DNA of 64,000 nucleotides from an uncultured Verrucomicrobiae bacterium. GTDB taxonomy: Bacteria > Verrucomicrobiota > Verrucomicrobiia > Chthoniobacterales > JAATET01. A program made the position numbers and the translations under genes. This document shows positions 1 to 9,671 of the stretch, piece after piece. The notes below the pieces were generated by a model, which did no database searches, was not told where the DNA came from, and saw nothing but the letters and a program-made list of their open reading frames with translations. Location: assembly GCA_963719495.1 (NCBI GenBank), contig CAVRCI010000002.1:320001-384000 (forward strand), written 5' to 3'. The number at the start of each line of letters is the position of its first letter. The first letter of the stretch is position 1.

Positions 1-1069
1 CAACGAAGGCTTTGCCGGCAATGTTCTTCCGGGGGACGAGACCCCAGTAGCGGCTGTCGCTGGAGTTGTAGCTGTTGTCGCCGAGCGCGAGGTAGTTGTC
101 CGGCGGGATCTGGAAGGTTTCGGTCGGATTATTGAGGTAATTGAAGCCCCGTGGGCCGTTGCCGTAGCCGCCGTAGCCGTCTTTTTTCGACATCACGCGG
201 CCCAACATTTTTTCGGTCGCGAGCTTGCCGTTGACGTAGAGATTCGGTGGGTCGATGCGGAGCTCGTCGCCGGGGAGGCCGCCGATGCGCTTGATGTAAT
301 GTTGGGAGCCGAGGTCCTGGGGAATGTCTTTCTCGATGAGCTGGATGCCGGTCGTCTTGAAGACGAAGACGTCGGCGCGCTCGGGGCGCATGAAGTTGTA
401 GGTGAGCTTGTTGACGAGGACGAAGTCGCCGTTGTCGACGGAGCCGCGGGCGATCGGCTGGCCCTGCCGGTAGGTGCGGCCTTCGGTCACTTTGAAGTCG
501 TCGCGGAGTTGGCGGATTGGGGCGAAGACCGAGTAGGTGTTCTTGTCGGTCGTGATCTTCGTGAAGGTGAAGTAATTCGCAAAACTGCTCTCCTTGAGGC
601 CGATGACGCGTTCGTCGTCCTTGGCGGCGACGTTGAAGTGGGTCCGTCCGCCGAGGACGAAGTCGAACGCTCGAACGAGGATGTTGGGTGGCGGCTCGGT
701 GGTCGGGGTGCCGATCAGGCCGTAAAGGGTCGGCTGCATGGAGCCGGTGGGAATTTTGAACGGCTCGAGGAGGTAGGCGCGGACGCCGGCGGCGATGACG
801 ATGGCGACGAGGATGACTTCGACGTTCTCGCGCCATCCGGCGTGGTTGCGCGGCGGGGCGATGCGACCGACGAGCTGGTCGAGGTGGTCGATGCGCTCGC
901 GGACCGCGTCGGGTTGGCGCTGCTTGGCGGCGCGTTCGAGGGAGGTGATGCCGTCGTCGAGCGCGGCGTAGTCGTCGGGGGCGAGGAGGTCGGCGCGGTA
1001 GCGTTGGACGCGTCGGGCGGCCTGGACGTAGTTGTGGGCTTCCTTGACGTAGCGCGGCTTGAAGAACAT
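1..1069 (-). CDS. lepB: Signal peptidase I (3' end runs off window)
   Basis: Manual minus-strand translation: MFFKPRY... start, PFKIPTGSMQPTLYG (catalytic Ser), HYIKRIGGLPGD (catalytic Lys), LGDNSYNSSDSRYWG. Confidence 0.92.
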   Translation of the reverse strand, partial: MFFKPRYVKEAHNYVQAARRVQRYRADLLAPDDYAALDDGITSLERAAKQRQPDAVRERIDHLDQLVGRIAPPRNHAGWRENVEVILVAIVIAAGVRAYLLEPFKIPTGSMQPTLYGLIGTPTTEPPPNILVRAFDFVLGGRTHFNVAAKDDERVIGLKESSFANYFTFTKITTDKNTYSVFAPIRQLRDDFKVTEGRTYRQGQPIARGSVDNGDFVLVNKLTYNFMRPERADVFVFKTTGIQLIEKDIPQDLGSQHYIKRIGGLPGDELRIDPPNLYVNGKLATEKMLGRVMSKKDGYGGYGNGPRGFNYLNNPTETFQIPPDNYLALGDNSYNSSDSRYWGLVPRKNIAGKAFV

Positions 1070-1177
1070 CGGGTCGGCAGACTTAGCGGAGCAGCGGGTG
1101 GGGCGGAAGCGAAAAGGTGGAAGGGACCGGCTTCGTTCGGGCTGGATTTACGGGCGTGCTTCGTGTGGAACGGCGGC

Positions 1178-1543
1178 GTGTTGTTCGGAGAACGGGAACT
1201 GGCGTTGGCGCGGGAGGTGGTGGAGCGGACGCTCGACGGGCTGCCGGAGGAAATCGCGCGCCCGGTGGAGGCGGTGTCGGTTTTCGTCGAGGATGCGCCG
1301 GGGGAGGATGATCTGGAAATCGGGGTGGGGCGGGATTGGCTCGGGATTTTCGAGGGGGCGGCCTACGGGGATTTGGGGCGGATCGATCCGCCGCGCATCC
1401 GGATCTGGTGCCGGAACGTGTGGCACTTTGCCTCGGGCCGGGAGGACGAATACCTCGAAGAAGTGCGGGTCACGCTCCTCCACGAGATCGCCCACTTCCT
1501 CGGCATGGACGAGGAGGACGTGGCGGCACGGGGGCTGGAGTAG
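1178..1543 (+). CDS. Minimal zincin-like metallopeptidase family protein
   Basis: C-terminal part of ORF 299..1543; TLLHEIAHFLG (HExxH); GTG start at 1178 inferred. Confidence 0.8.
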   Translation: MLFGERELALAREVVERTLDGLPEEIARPVEAVSVFVEDAPGEDDLEIGVGRDWLGIFEGAAYGDLGRIDPPRIRIWCRNVWHFASGREDEYLEEVRVTLLHEIAHFLGMDEEDVAARGLE

Positions 1544-1845
1544 TGAGCGGCTCGCTGCGCTCGCGCGTGATTGGTGACTCGTGAATGGTGAATGGTGAGC
1601 ACCGGCGGCTGGGAAGCCGCGGGGCAGACTGCACCGGCTCTGCGATGCAGCCCGAAGGGCGAGACGAGCGGTAGCGAGCGAGTCAACGGTCGGACGGCTC
1701 CCCCGCTGGGGCGGGGATTGCCTTTGTTTCCTGTCACCTTGAACGGAGTGAAGGATCTCTGGCTTTTCCTCGGACGGGCGCTGGCTCGCTGAAAATGGCG
1801 GGCTTGGGCGGAGGGGAGGCGACCCGCCGACCTGCTCGCGTTACC

Positions 1846-3567
1846 CTAGTTCGGCAGCGGGAAGCGGCTGGTGAGGGCGGTGACTTTTTCGCGGACTTTA
1901 CTGAGACCCGCTTCGTCGTCTTTGGCGTCGAGAGCGGCGTGGATGAGGTCGGCAATGTCCATCATTTCGTCTTCTTTCATTCCGCGGGTGGTCATGGCCG
2001 GGGTGCCGATGCGGATGCCGCCGGTCTTGAAGATCGGCTCGGTGTCGAAGGGGATGGCGTTCTTGTTGACGGTGATGGCGGCTTGGTCGAGGACCTTGGA
2101 GGCCTCGGCTCCGTTGATGCCACGGGGGCGGAGGTCGACGAGCATGACGTGGTTGTCGGTGCCGCCGGAACTGAGCGTGTAGCCGAGGCGGACGAGCTGC
2201 GCGGCGAGGGCCTTGGCGTTGCTGACGATCTGGGCCGCGTAGGCTTTGAAGCCGGACTGTTGGATTTCGTGGAAGCAGATGGCCTTGGCGGCGATGACGT
2301 GCATGAGGGGGCCGCCCTGGACGCCGGGAAAGACGAGGCTGTCGATTCTCTTGGCGTATTGCTCCTTGCAGAGAATGAGGCCGGCTCGGGGTCCGCGGAG
2401 GCTTTTGTGCGTCGTGGTGGTGACGAAGTCGGCGTGGGCGATGGGGCTCGGGTGCGCGCCGCCGGCGACGAGACCGGCGATGTGGGCCATGTCGACGAAG
2501 AGGTAGGCTCCGACGGAATCGGCGATCTCGCGCATGCGGGCGAAATCGATGGTGCGGGGGTAGGCGGAGGCACCGGCGGTGATCATTTTCGGCTTCACCT
2601 CGGCGGCGGTGGCGGCGAGGGCGTCGTAGTCGATGCGGCCCGACTCGGCGCTCACGCCGTAGTGGGTGGTCTCGTAAAGCTTGCCGGAAAAATTCGCCGG
2701 GTGGCCGTGGGTGAGGTGGCCGCCGTGGGCGAGGTCCATGGTGAGGATGCGGTCGCCGGGCTTGAGGACGCTGAAGTAGACGGCGGCGTTGGCTTGGGAG
2801 CCGCTGTGGGGCTGGACGTTGGCGTGGTCGGCCCCGAAGATGGTTTTGGCTCGCTCGATGGCGAGGCGCTCGACGACGTCGACGTGTTCGCAACCGCCAT
2901 ACCAGCGTTTGCCGGGGTAGCCTTCGGCGTATTTGTTGGTGAGGCAGGAGCCCTGGGCCTCCATGACGGCGCGGGAGGTGTAGTTCTCGCTGGCGATGAG
3001 CTCGATGTGCTCGGCCTGGCGGTGGGCTTCGGCGTGGATCGCGGCGGCGATCTCGGGGTCGGTCGCTTTGATGTGCGGGATGGTTTCGGCGGAGGTGCTG
3101 GGCTCGGCGTGGGAGATCATGGTGTGGTCGATGTGGTTGAGAAGGGACGGCAGGGCCCGTTTGATCGTGTCCTTGCAGCGGGCGTAGACTTCGTGGCCTT
3201 GTCCGATGGGGTCGGGGACGTCGCGGGTGGTGTCGTCGAACTCGCGGAGGAGTTTGATTTTGCCGCGCGAGGTCGGGAAGAGCGTTTCCATGAGCCGCTG
3301 GTGGTCGCGGGTCATCGCGAAGATGAAGTCGAATTGCTCGATGAGCTTTTCGGTGACCGGCTGGCTACGCTGACGCGAGATGTCGATTTTTTCCTCGGAT
3401 TTGAGGACGTCAACGGCCTCGCGGCTGGGGGCCTGGCCGGTCTGAGCGCTCACACCGGCGGAGGCGACTTCGAGTTCGCGGCGGTCGCGGACGAGGTGGC
3501 GGAAGAGCCCTTCGGCCATCGGGCTGCGGCAGATGTTGCCGGTGCAGACGAAGAGGACGCGTTTCAT
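1846..3567 (-). CDS. glyA: Fusion: low-molecular-weight protein phosphatase + serine hydroxymethyltransferase
   Basis: N-term [14 protein letters not shown] and DVPDP; C-term [34 protein letters not shown]. Confidence 0.95.
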   Translation of the reverse strand: MKRVLFVCTGNICRSPMAEGLFRHLVRDRRELEVASAGVSAQTGQAPSREAVDVLKSEEKIDISRQRSQPVTEKLIEQFDFIFAMTRDHQRLMETLFPTSRGKIKLLREFDDTTRDVPDPIGQGHEVYARCKDTIKRALPSLLNHIDHTMISHAEPSTSAETIPHIKATDPEIAAAIHAEAHRQAEHIELIASENYTSRAVMEAQGSCLTNKYAEGYPGKRWYGGCEHVDVVERLAIERAKTIFGADHANVQPHSGSQANAAVYFSVLKPGDRILTMDLAHGGHLTHGHPANFSGKLYETTHYGVSAESGRIDYDALAATAAEVKPKMITAGASAYPRTIDFARMREIADSVGAYLFVDMAHIAGLVAGGAHPSPIAHADFVTTTTHKSLRGPRAGLILCKEQYAKRIDSLVFPGVQGGPLMHVIAAKAICFHEIQQSGFKAYAAQIVSNAKALAAQLVRLGYTLSSGGTDNHVMLVDLRPRGINGAEASKVLDQAAITVNKNAIPFDTEPIFKTGGIRIGTPAMTTRGMKEDEMMDIADLIHAALDAKDDEAGLSKVREKVTALTSRFPLPN

Positions 3568-3576
3568 GGACGCGAA

Positions 3577-3604
3577 AGGGTAAGGGCTGGCGGGGCGGTG
3601 TCAA
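3577..3604 (-). promoter_or_regulatory. Putative sigma70 promoter of the PTP-glyA gene
   Basis: TTGACA-N16-TACCCT on minus strand, ending about 10 nt before the ATG at 3567. Confidence 0.45.
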
Positions 3605-3622
3605 TGGCGGGTCGGGGGCGAG

Positions 3623-4261
3623 CAGCAGTTCTCATTTTGGGATTGTTGAAGTGCCAGAGGGCGGTCGGCTGACTCGAAGGGGAGGTGAATTTGAGGGCGG
3701 CACTGGAAGGGGCGCGAATGTTACGAAATAGCCTTGGACGGCACCTGGTATTTTTCCTCCCAGTCCGAGAACATCCACTGCCCGCACTGCTCGCGCATCG
3801 AGCACACCAATGGATGCACGACGCATTACCACAGCGCGCTGACCCCGGTCGTGGTGAGCCCCGGACACTCCCAGTGGGTCGGGGAATTGGAGGAAGGCAA
3901 CGGCCTGCACACCCTGCTCGAACTCACCGACGGCAACTACCGCCTCGTTCGCTCCGCCGTGGGCGCTCGGCGCAAGTTCTTCGAGCACATCCGCACGCTC
4001 ACCACCTACCTGCACTTCGAAAGCTGGGACCATCTCATGGATTTCATGCTCCGGGGTCTGGAAATCGGCCCCTACGCCTCGCTTCGAAACTGAACCCGCA
4101 TTCTTGCGGCCAATCGCGCGTCAGCCTGCCGCGCTGGCGCAGCCTGTAACCGTCCCGCCCCGCCGCCCATCAATCCCGGCGGCCACTCCACGCTCATCCC
4201 TTTGCTCCAACCCTCTCACATCTCCCCCCTGTCTGCCGGCACCCCAAAATGAGAACTGCTG
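3623..4261 (+). mobile_element. Internally deleted IS element (639 bp) with perfect 19-bp terminal inverted repeats
   Basis: CAGCAGTTCTCATTTTGGG (3623-3641) and its exact reverse complement (4243-4261) enclose a transposase-like remnant. Confidence 0.75.
3734..4093 (+). pseudogene. DDE transposase remnant (ISNCY-like), fused N- and C-terminal fragments
   Basis: DGTWYFSS..HCPHCS..YHSALTPVVVSPG and HTLLELTD..FFEHIRTLTTYLHFESWDHLMDFMLRGL resemble ISNCY-type transposase ends (recalled, not searched); only 119 aa. Confidence 0.65.
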
Positions 4262-4475
4262 GGAGTCGTCCCCGGCTTCTTGACGCGCTTGCGCGTTTGT
4301 GGTCCTCAGCATGACAGAGTTTGGCTTTTGGAATGCGGATCTGATGATGCCGCCTTGGAACCGGAGGGACCGTGCTGGCCGTCGCTCCTTGATTCCTTCG
4401 GCTCGCTTCGCATTGCCGGGTTTGCGGCGGCGGGACGCCGCAGCTCGCACGCGGGGGCGCGTGCGTTCCCCCTTC

Positions 4476-5699
4476 TTACAACATGTGGCCTAGTTTGGAC
4501 TTTTTGGTGGCCAGGTAGTCGAGGTTGTGGGGGTTGGCGACCGATCGAATGGGGACTTGCTCGACGATCTCGAGGCTGTATCCGTCGAGGCCGACGACTT
4601 TTCTTGGGTTGTTCGTGAGAAGGCGGAGTTTGCGGACTCCGAGATCCTCGAGGATTTGGGCTCCGAGGCCGTAGTCGCGGAGGTCGGGGGGGAAGCCGAG
4701 GCGGGCGTTGGCTTCGACGGTGTCGAGGCCTTCTTCCTGGAGTTTGTAGGCGTGGATCTTGGCGGGGAGGCCAATGCCGCGACCCTCCTGCCGCATGTAG
4801 ACGAGGACGCCGCTGCCGGCTTCGTCGATCTGCCGGAGGGCGGTGTGGAGTTGGGTTCCGCAATCGCAGCGCATGGAGCCGAAAACATCGCCGGTGAGGC
4901 ACTCGCTGTGGACACGGACGAGGGTGGGGGTCTCGGGATCGAGGTCGCCGCGGACGAGGGCGAGGTGGTGGCGGTCGTCGAGTTCGGAGCGGTAGAGGTG
5001 AAGGTCGAAAATGCCGTAGTCGGTGGGCATTTTGATCGTTTGCTCGCGGGTGATGAGCTTTTCGCTTTTGCGGCGGTGGGCGATGAGCGCCTCGATGGTG
5101 CAAATTTTGAGGCCGTGCTCTTTGCGGAATTCGAGGAGGTCGGGAAGGCGGGCCATGGAGCCGTCGTCGTTGAGGATCTCGCAGATGACGCCGGATGGGT
5201 CGAGTCCCGCGAGGCGGGCGAGGTCGATGGAGGCCTCGGTGTGGCCGGCACGGCGGAGGACGCCGCCGCGGCGGGCCTGGAGGGGGAAGATGTGGCCGGG
5301 CTGGACGAGGTCGGCGGGGGTGGCGGTGGGGTCGGCAAGGTGGGCGATGGTGGCGGCCCGGTCGGCGGCGGAGATGCCGGTGGTGATGCCGGCGGCGGCG
5401 TCGACGGAGACGGTGAAGTCGGTTTTGTAGATCTCGCGGTTGTGCGCGACCATGCGCTGGAGACCGAGGTGGGTGGCGCGGTCTTCGGTGATGGGGGCGC
5501 AGATGAGTCCTCGGCCGAAGCGGGACATGAAGTTCACCGCGGCGGGCGTGACTTTGGCCGCGGCCATGACGAGGTCACCTTCGTTTTCACGGTCGGCGTC
5601 GTCGGTGACGATGACCATTTTTCCGGCGGCGATGTCGGCGATGACGTCGGGGATTGGATCGAAAGTCGGGGTGTCGGTGGAAGTCGGGGCCTGGGCCAT
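4476..5699 (-). CDS. ribBA: Bifunctional DHBP synthase / GTP cyclohydrolase II
   Basis: DDADRENEGDL, RRAGHTEA, RVHSECLTGDVFGSMRCDCG, QEGRGIGL. Confidence 0.96.
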   Translation of the reverse strand: MAQAPTSTDTPTFDPIPDVIADIAAGKMVIVTDDADRENEGDLVMAAAKVTPAAVNFMSRFGRGLICAPITEDRATHLGLQRMVAHNREIYKTDFTVSVDAAAGITTGISAADRAATIAHLADPTATPADLVQPGHIFPLQARRGGVLRRAGHTEASIDLARLAGLDPSGVICEILNDDGSMARLPDLLEFRKEHGLKICTIEALIAHRRKSEKLITREQTIKMPTDYGIFDLHLYRSELDDRHHLALVRGDLDPETPTLVRVHSECLTGDVFGSMRCDCGTQLHTALRQIDEAGSGVLVYMRQEGRGIGLPAKIHAYKLQEEGLDTVEANARLGFPPDLRDYGLGAQILEDLGVRKLRLLTNNPRKVVGLDGYSLEIVEQVPIRSVANPHNLDYLATKKSKLGHML

Positions 5700-5897
5700 G
5701 ATTTACTTACGCCGCTGGGGGGCGGTTTGGCTAGGCCCGGGGGGTGACTGGTGGCTGGTGGGGATGCGGTGATGGTGAGGAGTGTAGATCAGAGATCCTT
5801 CGCTTTGCTCAGGATGACAGCGGGTTTGGGGGATGGGGTGGCTTACGCCACCGGATTGGCTGCGCGAAAGGTTTGGCAGGGCTGCGGGCAGCTTTTT

Positions 5898-6464
5898 CTA
5901 TTTTCTACAGTAGTAGACGAAGGCGGGGGGGAAGTTGGCCAGGACGACCTGGGACGTGCGGACCGTTGGGAATTGGCTTTTGAGTAGCTGGCGGAAGGAT
6001 TGACCGGCGGGTAGCCAGTGGGTGCCCCAGTAGGCGAAAGTGACGAAGGTGCCGGTGTCGCCGAGCGTCTCCTTGATGGTTGCGAGGATCCCGCGCTGAA
6101 CGCCGAGCGGAAAAATGGCCCACGGCAGGCCGGAGACGATGCTGTCGGCCTGGTCGACGCCATGCTCGATCGCGTGATGGCGGAGCTCGCTGGCGTCGCC
6201 GGGGATGACGGTGGCTTCGGGGAAGCGGCGGCGAAGGTCGGGAACGAAGTTTTCGTTTTTTTCGATCGCAACGAAGCGGGCGTCGGCCTTTTTTTTCTGC
6301 ATGATGCGTCGGGTCATGACACCGGTGCCGGGACCGAGCTCGAGGATGCGGTCGGCCTCGACGATGGCGGCGTGATCGACGACGACGTTGGCGAGAAAGG
6401 GGGACGACGGGGCGATCGCTCCGGTGATGTGGGGAGCGCGGAGGATTTCCTTGAAGAATCGCAT
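5898..6464 (-). CDS. Class I SAM-dependent methyltransferase (phospholipid N-methyltransferase PmtA-like)
   Basis: GAIAPSSPFLA, ILELGPGTG, IVSGLPW, NFPPAFVY; ATG at 6464. Confidence 0.8.
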   Translation of the reverse strand: MRFFKEILRAPHITGAIAPSSPFLANVVVDHAAIVEADRILELGPGTGVMTRRIMQKKKADARFVAIEKNENFVPDLRRRFPEATVIPGDASELRHHAIEHGVDQADSIVSGLPWAIFPLGVQRGILATIKETLGDTGTFVTFAYWGTHWLPAGQSFRQLLKSQFPTVRTSQVVLANFPPAFVYYCRK

Positions 6465-6612
6465 GGTGGGATGGAAATGAAGCAGGATCGGAGGGATTTG
6501 CGAGGAATACGGTGGGTGGTGTCGCGTCGGTTGTCGGTGGGGGTGAGTTTTCGCCGAAGTCCGGGCGCGGGACGGATCGACATTCGTCGGGAGATGCGCT
6601 TTGCTCCCCGCG

Positions 6613-7149
6613 ATGAAATGGCAGCGACTCATGGCGGGTTCATTGATCGGGGCTTTTGCTCTATCGTCGGCTTTCGCGGAGCAACTCCGGGGCAAGGTGC
6701 TGAGGTGGGAGCCGGAGTTCGGGGCGCTTCACCTCGAGCAGTCGACCGGCGAGGAGGTGGTCGTGCCAGTCTCCGATGCCACCGAGATCTCGGGAGCATT
6801 CGGGAGATTGAGCGACGGGCAACTATTCGACGCCGGGGAATGGGTGACCGTCTCCCGCGAGGGGAACGAACCAACGAAAATCGCGATCGAGCGGCCGGAC
6901 CAGCAGGCGGACATCACTCCCGGCGAAATCGGAGACGAGATGGAAACCTCGCCGCCGACCACGCCCACGCCTGAACCGACGCCTGAACCGACGGCAGCTC
7001 CCGGGGTGGTCGCTCCAGCACCGACTCCCGTCCCGACCACTCCGCCCGGGAGCCCGCCGAGTCCGGCCCCGACTGCGACGCCGGATCCTGTCGCGACAGT
7101 CACTCCCGAGCCAACTCCGACGCGCACTCCGGACGTTCCGGAAAATTAA
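6613..7149 (+). CDS. Secreted hypothetical protein with Pro/Thr-rich C-terminal tail
   Basis: Signal peptide MKWQRLMAGSLIGAFALSSAFA; PTPEPTP repeats. Confidence 0.65.
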   Translation: MKWQRLMAGSLIGAFALSSAFAEQLRGKVLRWEPEFGALHLEQSTGEEVVVPVSDATEISGAFGRLSDGQLFDAGEWVTVSREGNEPTKIAIERPDQQADITPGEIGDEMETSPPTTPTPEPTPEPTAAPGVVAPAPTPVPTTPPGSPPSPAPTATPDPVATVTPEPTPTRTPDVPEN

Positions 7150-7243
7150 TTTGAAGGAACCTCGCGACGTCTCCGTTACGAACGTGTTAGAACAACCAAG
7201 CGCGTCGACGAACCGTCGGCGGGCGCAATCCAAGAACAACACC

Positions 7244-7621
7244 ATGAAGAAAACTTATCTCCTGACCCTGACCGCCGGCATCGCGCTGGCTCTGACACCC
7301 CTGACGTCCCGTGCCGCCGACGACGCCGACAAGAAAGGCAGTGGCTTCACCGGCAAAGTGACCGCCTACGACGCCACGGCTATGACGATGACCGTCGAGA
7401 AAAAGAAAGGCGACGAGTCCATGGAATACACCATGACCGAGGAAACCAAGGTCGTGGACGACAAGAACGAGGACGTCGAAGTCGCGGCGATCACCATCGG
7501 ATCGAAAGTCCGGGTCCAGACCGACGAAGAAGGGTCCACCGAGGCCAAGCGCGTCAAGGTTCTTCCCTTGAAGAAGGACAAGGACGGCGCCGAAATGGAG
7601 GACGACAGCTCGGAAGACTGA
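7244..7621 (+). CDS. Secreted small beta-barrel-like hypothetical protein
   Basis: Signal peptide MKKTYLLTLTAGIALALTPLTSRA; followed by a terminator. Confidence 0.75.
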   Translation: MKKTYLLTLTAGIALALTPLTSRAADDADKKGSGFTGKVTAYDATAMTMTVEKKKGDESMEYTMTEETKVVDDKNEDVEVAAITIGSKVRVQTDEEGSTEAKRVKVLPLKKDKDGAEMEDDSSED

Positions 7622-7648
7622 TCCGTTTCCCGGATCTCGAATTGAAGG

Positions 7649-7678
7649 GGCAGCCGGCGCGAGTCGGCTGCCTTTTTT
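7649..7678 (+). terminator. Intrinsic terminator
   Basis: GGCAGCCGGC-GCGA-GTCGGCTGCC + T6. Confidence 0.8.
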
Positions 7679-7711
7679 CGTGGTCGACGCCGTCGGCGCT
7701 CACCGTGGGAC

Positions 7712-9469
7712 TCAGGCTCCGCGCGAATCGCCGGGCGAAGACTCGTCGTCCTCGCGAAGATCGCTCCGGCAGAGCTTGGCGTAGAGGCCGCCGGCGGCGA
7801 GGAGTTCCTCGTGGCGGCCGCGTTCGACGATGCGGCCGCGGTCCATGACGAGGATCTGGTCCGCGTGGCGGACGGTGGAGAGGCGGTGGGCGATCACGAA
7901 GCTCGTGCGGCGGGCCATCAGGCGATCAAGGGCTTCCTGGATGAGGCGTTCGGTGGTGGTGTCGACGCTGGCGGTGGCTTCGTCGAGCACGAGGATCGGT
8001 GGGTTTTTGAGCAGGGCGCGCGCAATTGAGACGCGTTGCTTCTCACCGACGCTCAGCTTGATGCCGCGCTCGCCGACGGGCTCGTCGAGGCCGCCGGGCA
8101 TGCGGCGGACGAATTCGGCGGCATTCGCGGCAGCGAGGGCTTCCCACATTTCGTCCTCGGTCGCGTCGGGCTTGCCGATGCGAAGATTTTCGGCGGTGGT
8201 GCCGTTGAAGAGAAAACTCTCCTGGGTGACCATGGCGACGGCCTGACGCAGATTTCGCTTCGGAAAATCGTCCGCCGGACGGTCGTCGACGAGGATGCGG
8301 CCGGAGTCGATCTCGTAGAACCGGACCAGAAGACTCACGAGGCTGGTTTTGCCGGCTCCGGTCGGGCCGACGAGGGCGATCATTTCTCCCGGTTTGGCGT
8401 GAAAGGTGATGTCGTGCAGCGTCCCGGCCGTGTCGCCGTAACCGAAGCCCACGTGGTCGTAGCGGACGTCGCCCCGGACGGTGATATCGGGTTCGGCGGC
8501 ACGGTCGGCACCGGGTTCCGGAGGGCTGTCGATGATCTCGAAGACCCGTTCGGAAGCCGCGCGGCCGGACTGGAAGATCTGGTTGAGCTGGTGGAGGCGA
8601 CCGATGGGTTCGTAGAGGAAGGGCGTGAAGATCAGGAATCCGACCAGGGTGGCGAGTTCGAGCTCGCCCGCGAGAACCTGAGCGGCGGCGACCCCGAGGA
8701 CGATCACCGGACCACAGGCCGTGAAGAAGGTCATCGCCGGATTGTAGAGCGCCCAGGCGCGCATCACGCCGAGGGTCGCGTCGGCGAGCTTCTGGCTGGT
8801 GGAATTGAACCGCTCGTGTTCCTGCGGTTCGCTCGTGAACGTTTTGATCTGCCGGATCCCCGCGAGGTTGTCGTGCAGGACGGAATTCATCGTCGAGGCG
8901 GCGGTGCGCTGGCGGCGATAGCGCGGGCGGGCGGTGAGCGTGTAGGCAAGGGCACCGACGATCAAAAGCGGCACGGGGGCAGCGGCGGCAAGGGTGAGCA
9001 CCGGGCTGTAGAACAGCATGAACCCGATCACGATGACGATCTGAAGAACGGACGTGATGCCTTGCTCGATGCCGTCGATCAGCACGCGCTCGACCGAGGT
9101 CACGTCCTCGACCAGACGCGTCATGATGTCGCCGGTCGCCCGGTTGTCGAACCAATGAAGCGGGAGGCGCTGGATGTGTTCGTAGAGGTCGCTGCGGAGG
9201 TCGTAGATGACGCGCTGCTCGAACGTGTTGTTCAGAATGATGCGGACGGCGTTCAGAAACCCCTGGAGGAAGAACGCCCCCAGAGCGATGCCCACGAGCG
9301 GCCAGAGAAGCCCGGGGTGTTCGCCTTCGATCACGTCGCGCACAATCCGCCGCGAGACGTCGGGAAAGACCGCGACGAGCAGAGTCCCGACGATGGCGGT
9401 CGAGAGCGTCCCGGCGGCGAGGCGCGGGTAGCGGCGGAGGTAGCGGAAGACTCGGAAGGTTTGTTTCAT
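7712..9469 (-). CDS. ABC exporter, fused permease/ATP-binding protein (MsbA/MdlB-like)
   Basis: N-terminal TM helices; GPTGAGKT, LSVGEKQR, LVLDEAT, IAHRLST. Confidence 0.93.
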   Translation of the reverse strand: MKQTFRVFRYLRRYPRLAAGTLSTAIVGTLLVAVFPDVSRRIVRDVIEGEHPGLLWPLVGIALGAFFLQGFLNAVRIILNNTFEQRVIYDLRSDLYEHIQRLPLHWFDNRATGDIMTRLVEDVTSVERVLIDGIEQGITSVLQIVIVIGFMLFYSPVLTLAAAAPVPLLIVGALAYTLTARPRYRRQRTAASTMNSVLHDNLAGIRQIKTFTSEPQEHERFNSTSQKLADATLGVMRAWALYNPAMTFFTACGPVIVLGVAAAQVLAGELELATLVGFLIFTPFLYEPIGRLHQLNQIFQSGRAASERVFEIIDSPPEPGADRAAEPDITVRGDVRYDHVGFGYGDTAGTLHDITFHAKPGEMIALVGPTGAGKTSLVSLLVRFYEIDSGRILVDDRPADDFPKRNLRQAVAMVTQESFLFNGTTAENLRIGKPDATEDEMWEALAAANAAEFVRRMPGGLDEPVGERGIKLSVGEKQRVSIARALLKNPPILVLDEATASVDTTTERLIQEALDRLMARRTSFVIAHRLSTVRHADQILVMDRGRIVERGRHEELLAAGGLYAKLCRSDLREDDESSPGDSRGA

Positions 9470-9575
9470 GCGGCGGGTGACGGGCGGAAGGTTCTACGAT
9501 TTTGGCCGCCTTCCGTGTCGATCATATTTCAAATCAATCCCTTCCGACGCGAGTGACGCCCGTCTGAACCAGTAT

Positions 9576-9592
9576 TTGGCATGGCAACTGCT
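9576..9592 (+). promoter_or_regulatory. Sigma54 (-24/-12) promoter of amtB-glnK
   Basis: TTGGCATGGCAACTGCT with GG(9578-79)-N10-GC(9590-91), 80 nt upstream of amtB. Confidence 0.7.
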
Positions 9593-9671
9593 TTTCAAAC
9601 GCCACCCTCGGGACCGATCACCGGTCCCGGGATTAAACCAAACAAAACCAACCCAAATCAGAAGTCATCCC

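Noticed and set aside
1795..3672. Long antisense ORFs (e.g. 1795..3672, 20979..23399, 23362..25368, 26771..30049, 55484..57247)
   Set aside because: Shadow frames of well-supported genes in high-GC DNA; no recognisable motifs
4262..4475. Possible structured ncRNA between the IS remnant and ribBA
   Set aside because: Hairpins are attributable to REP-like repeats; no recognisable ncRNA family motifs
5700..5897. FMN riboswitch upstream of ribBA
   Set aside because: No RFN consensus visible; the region holds a family C repeat and heptamer runs
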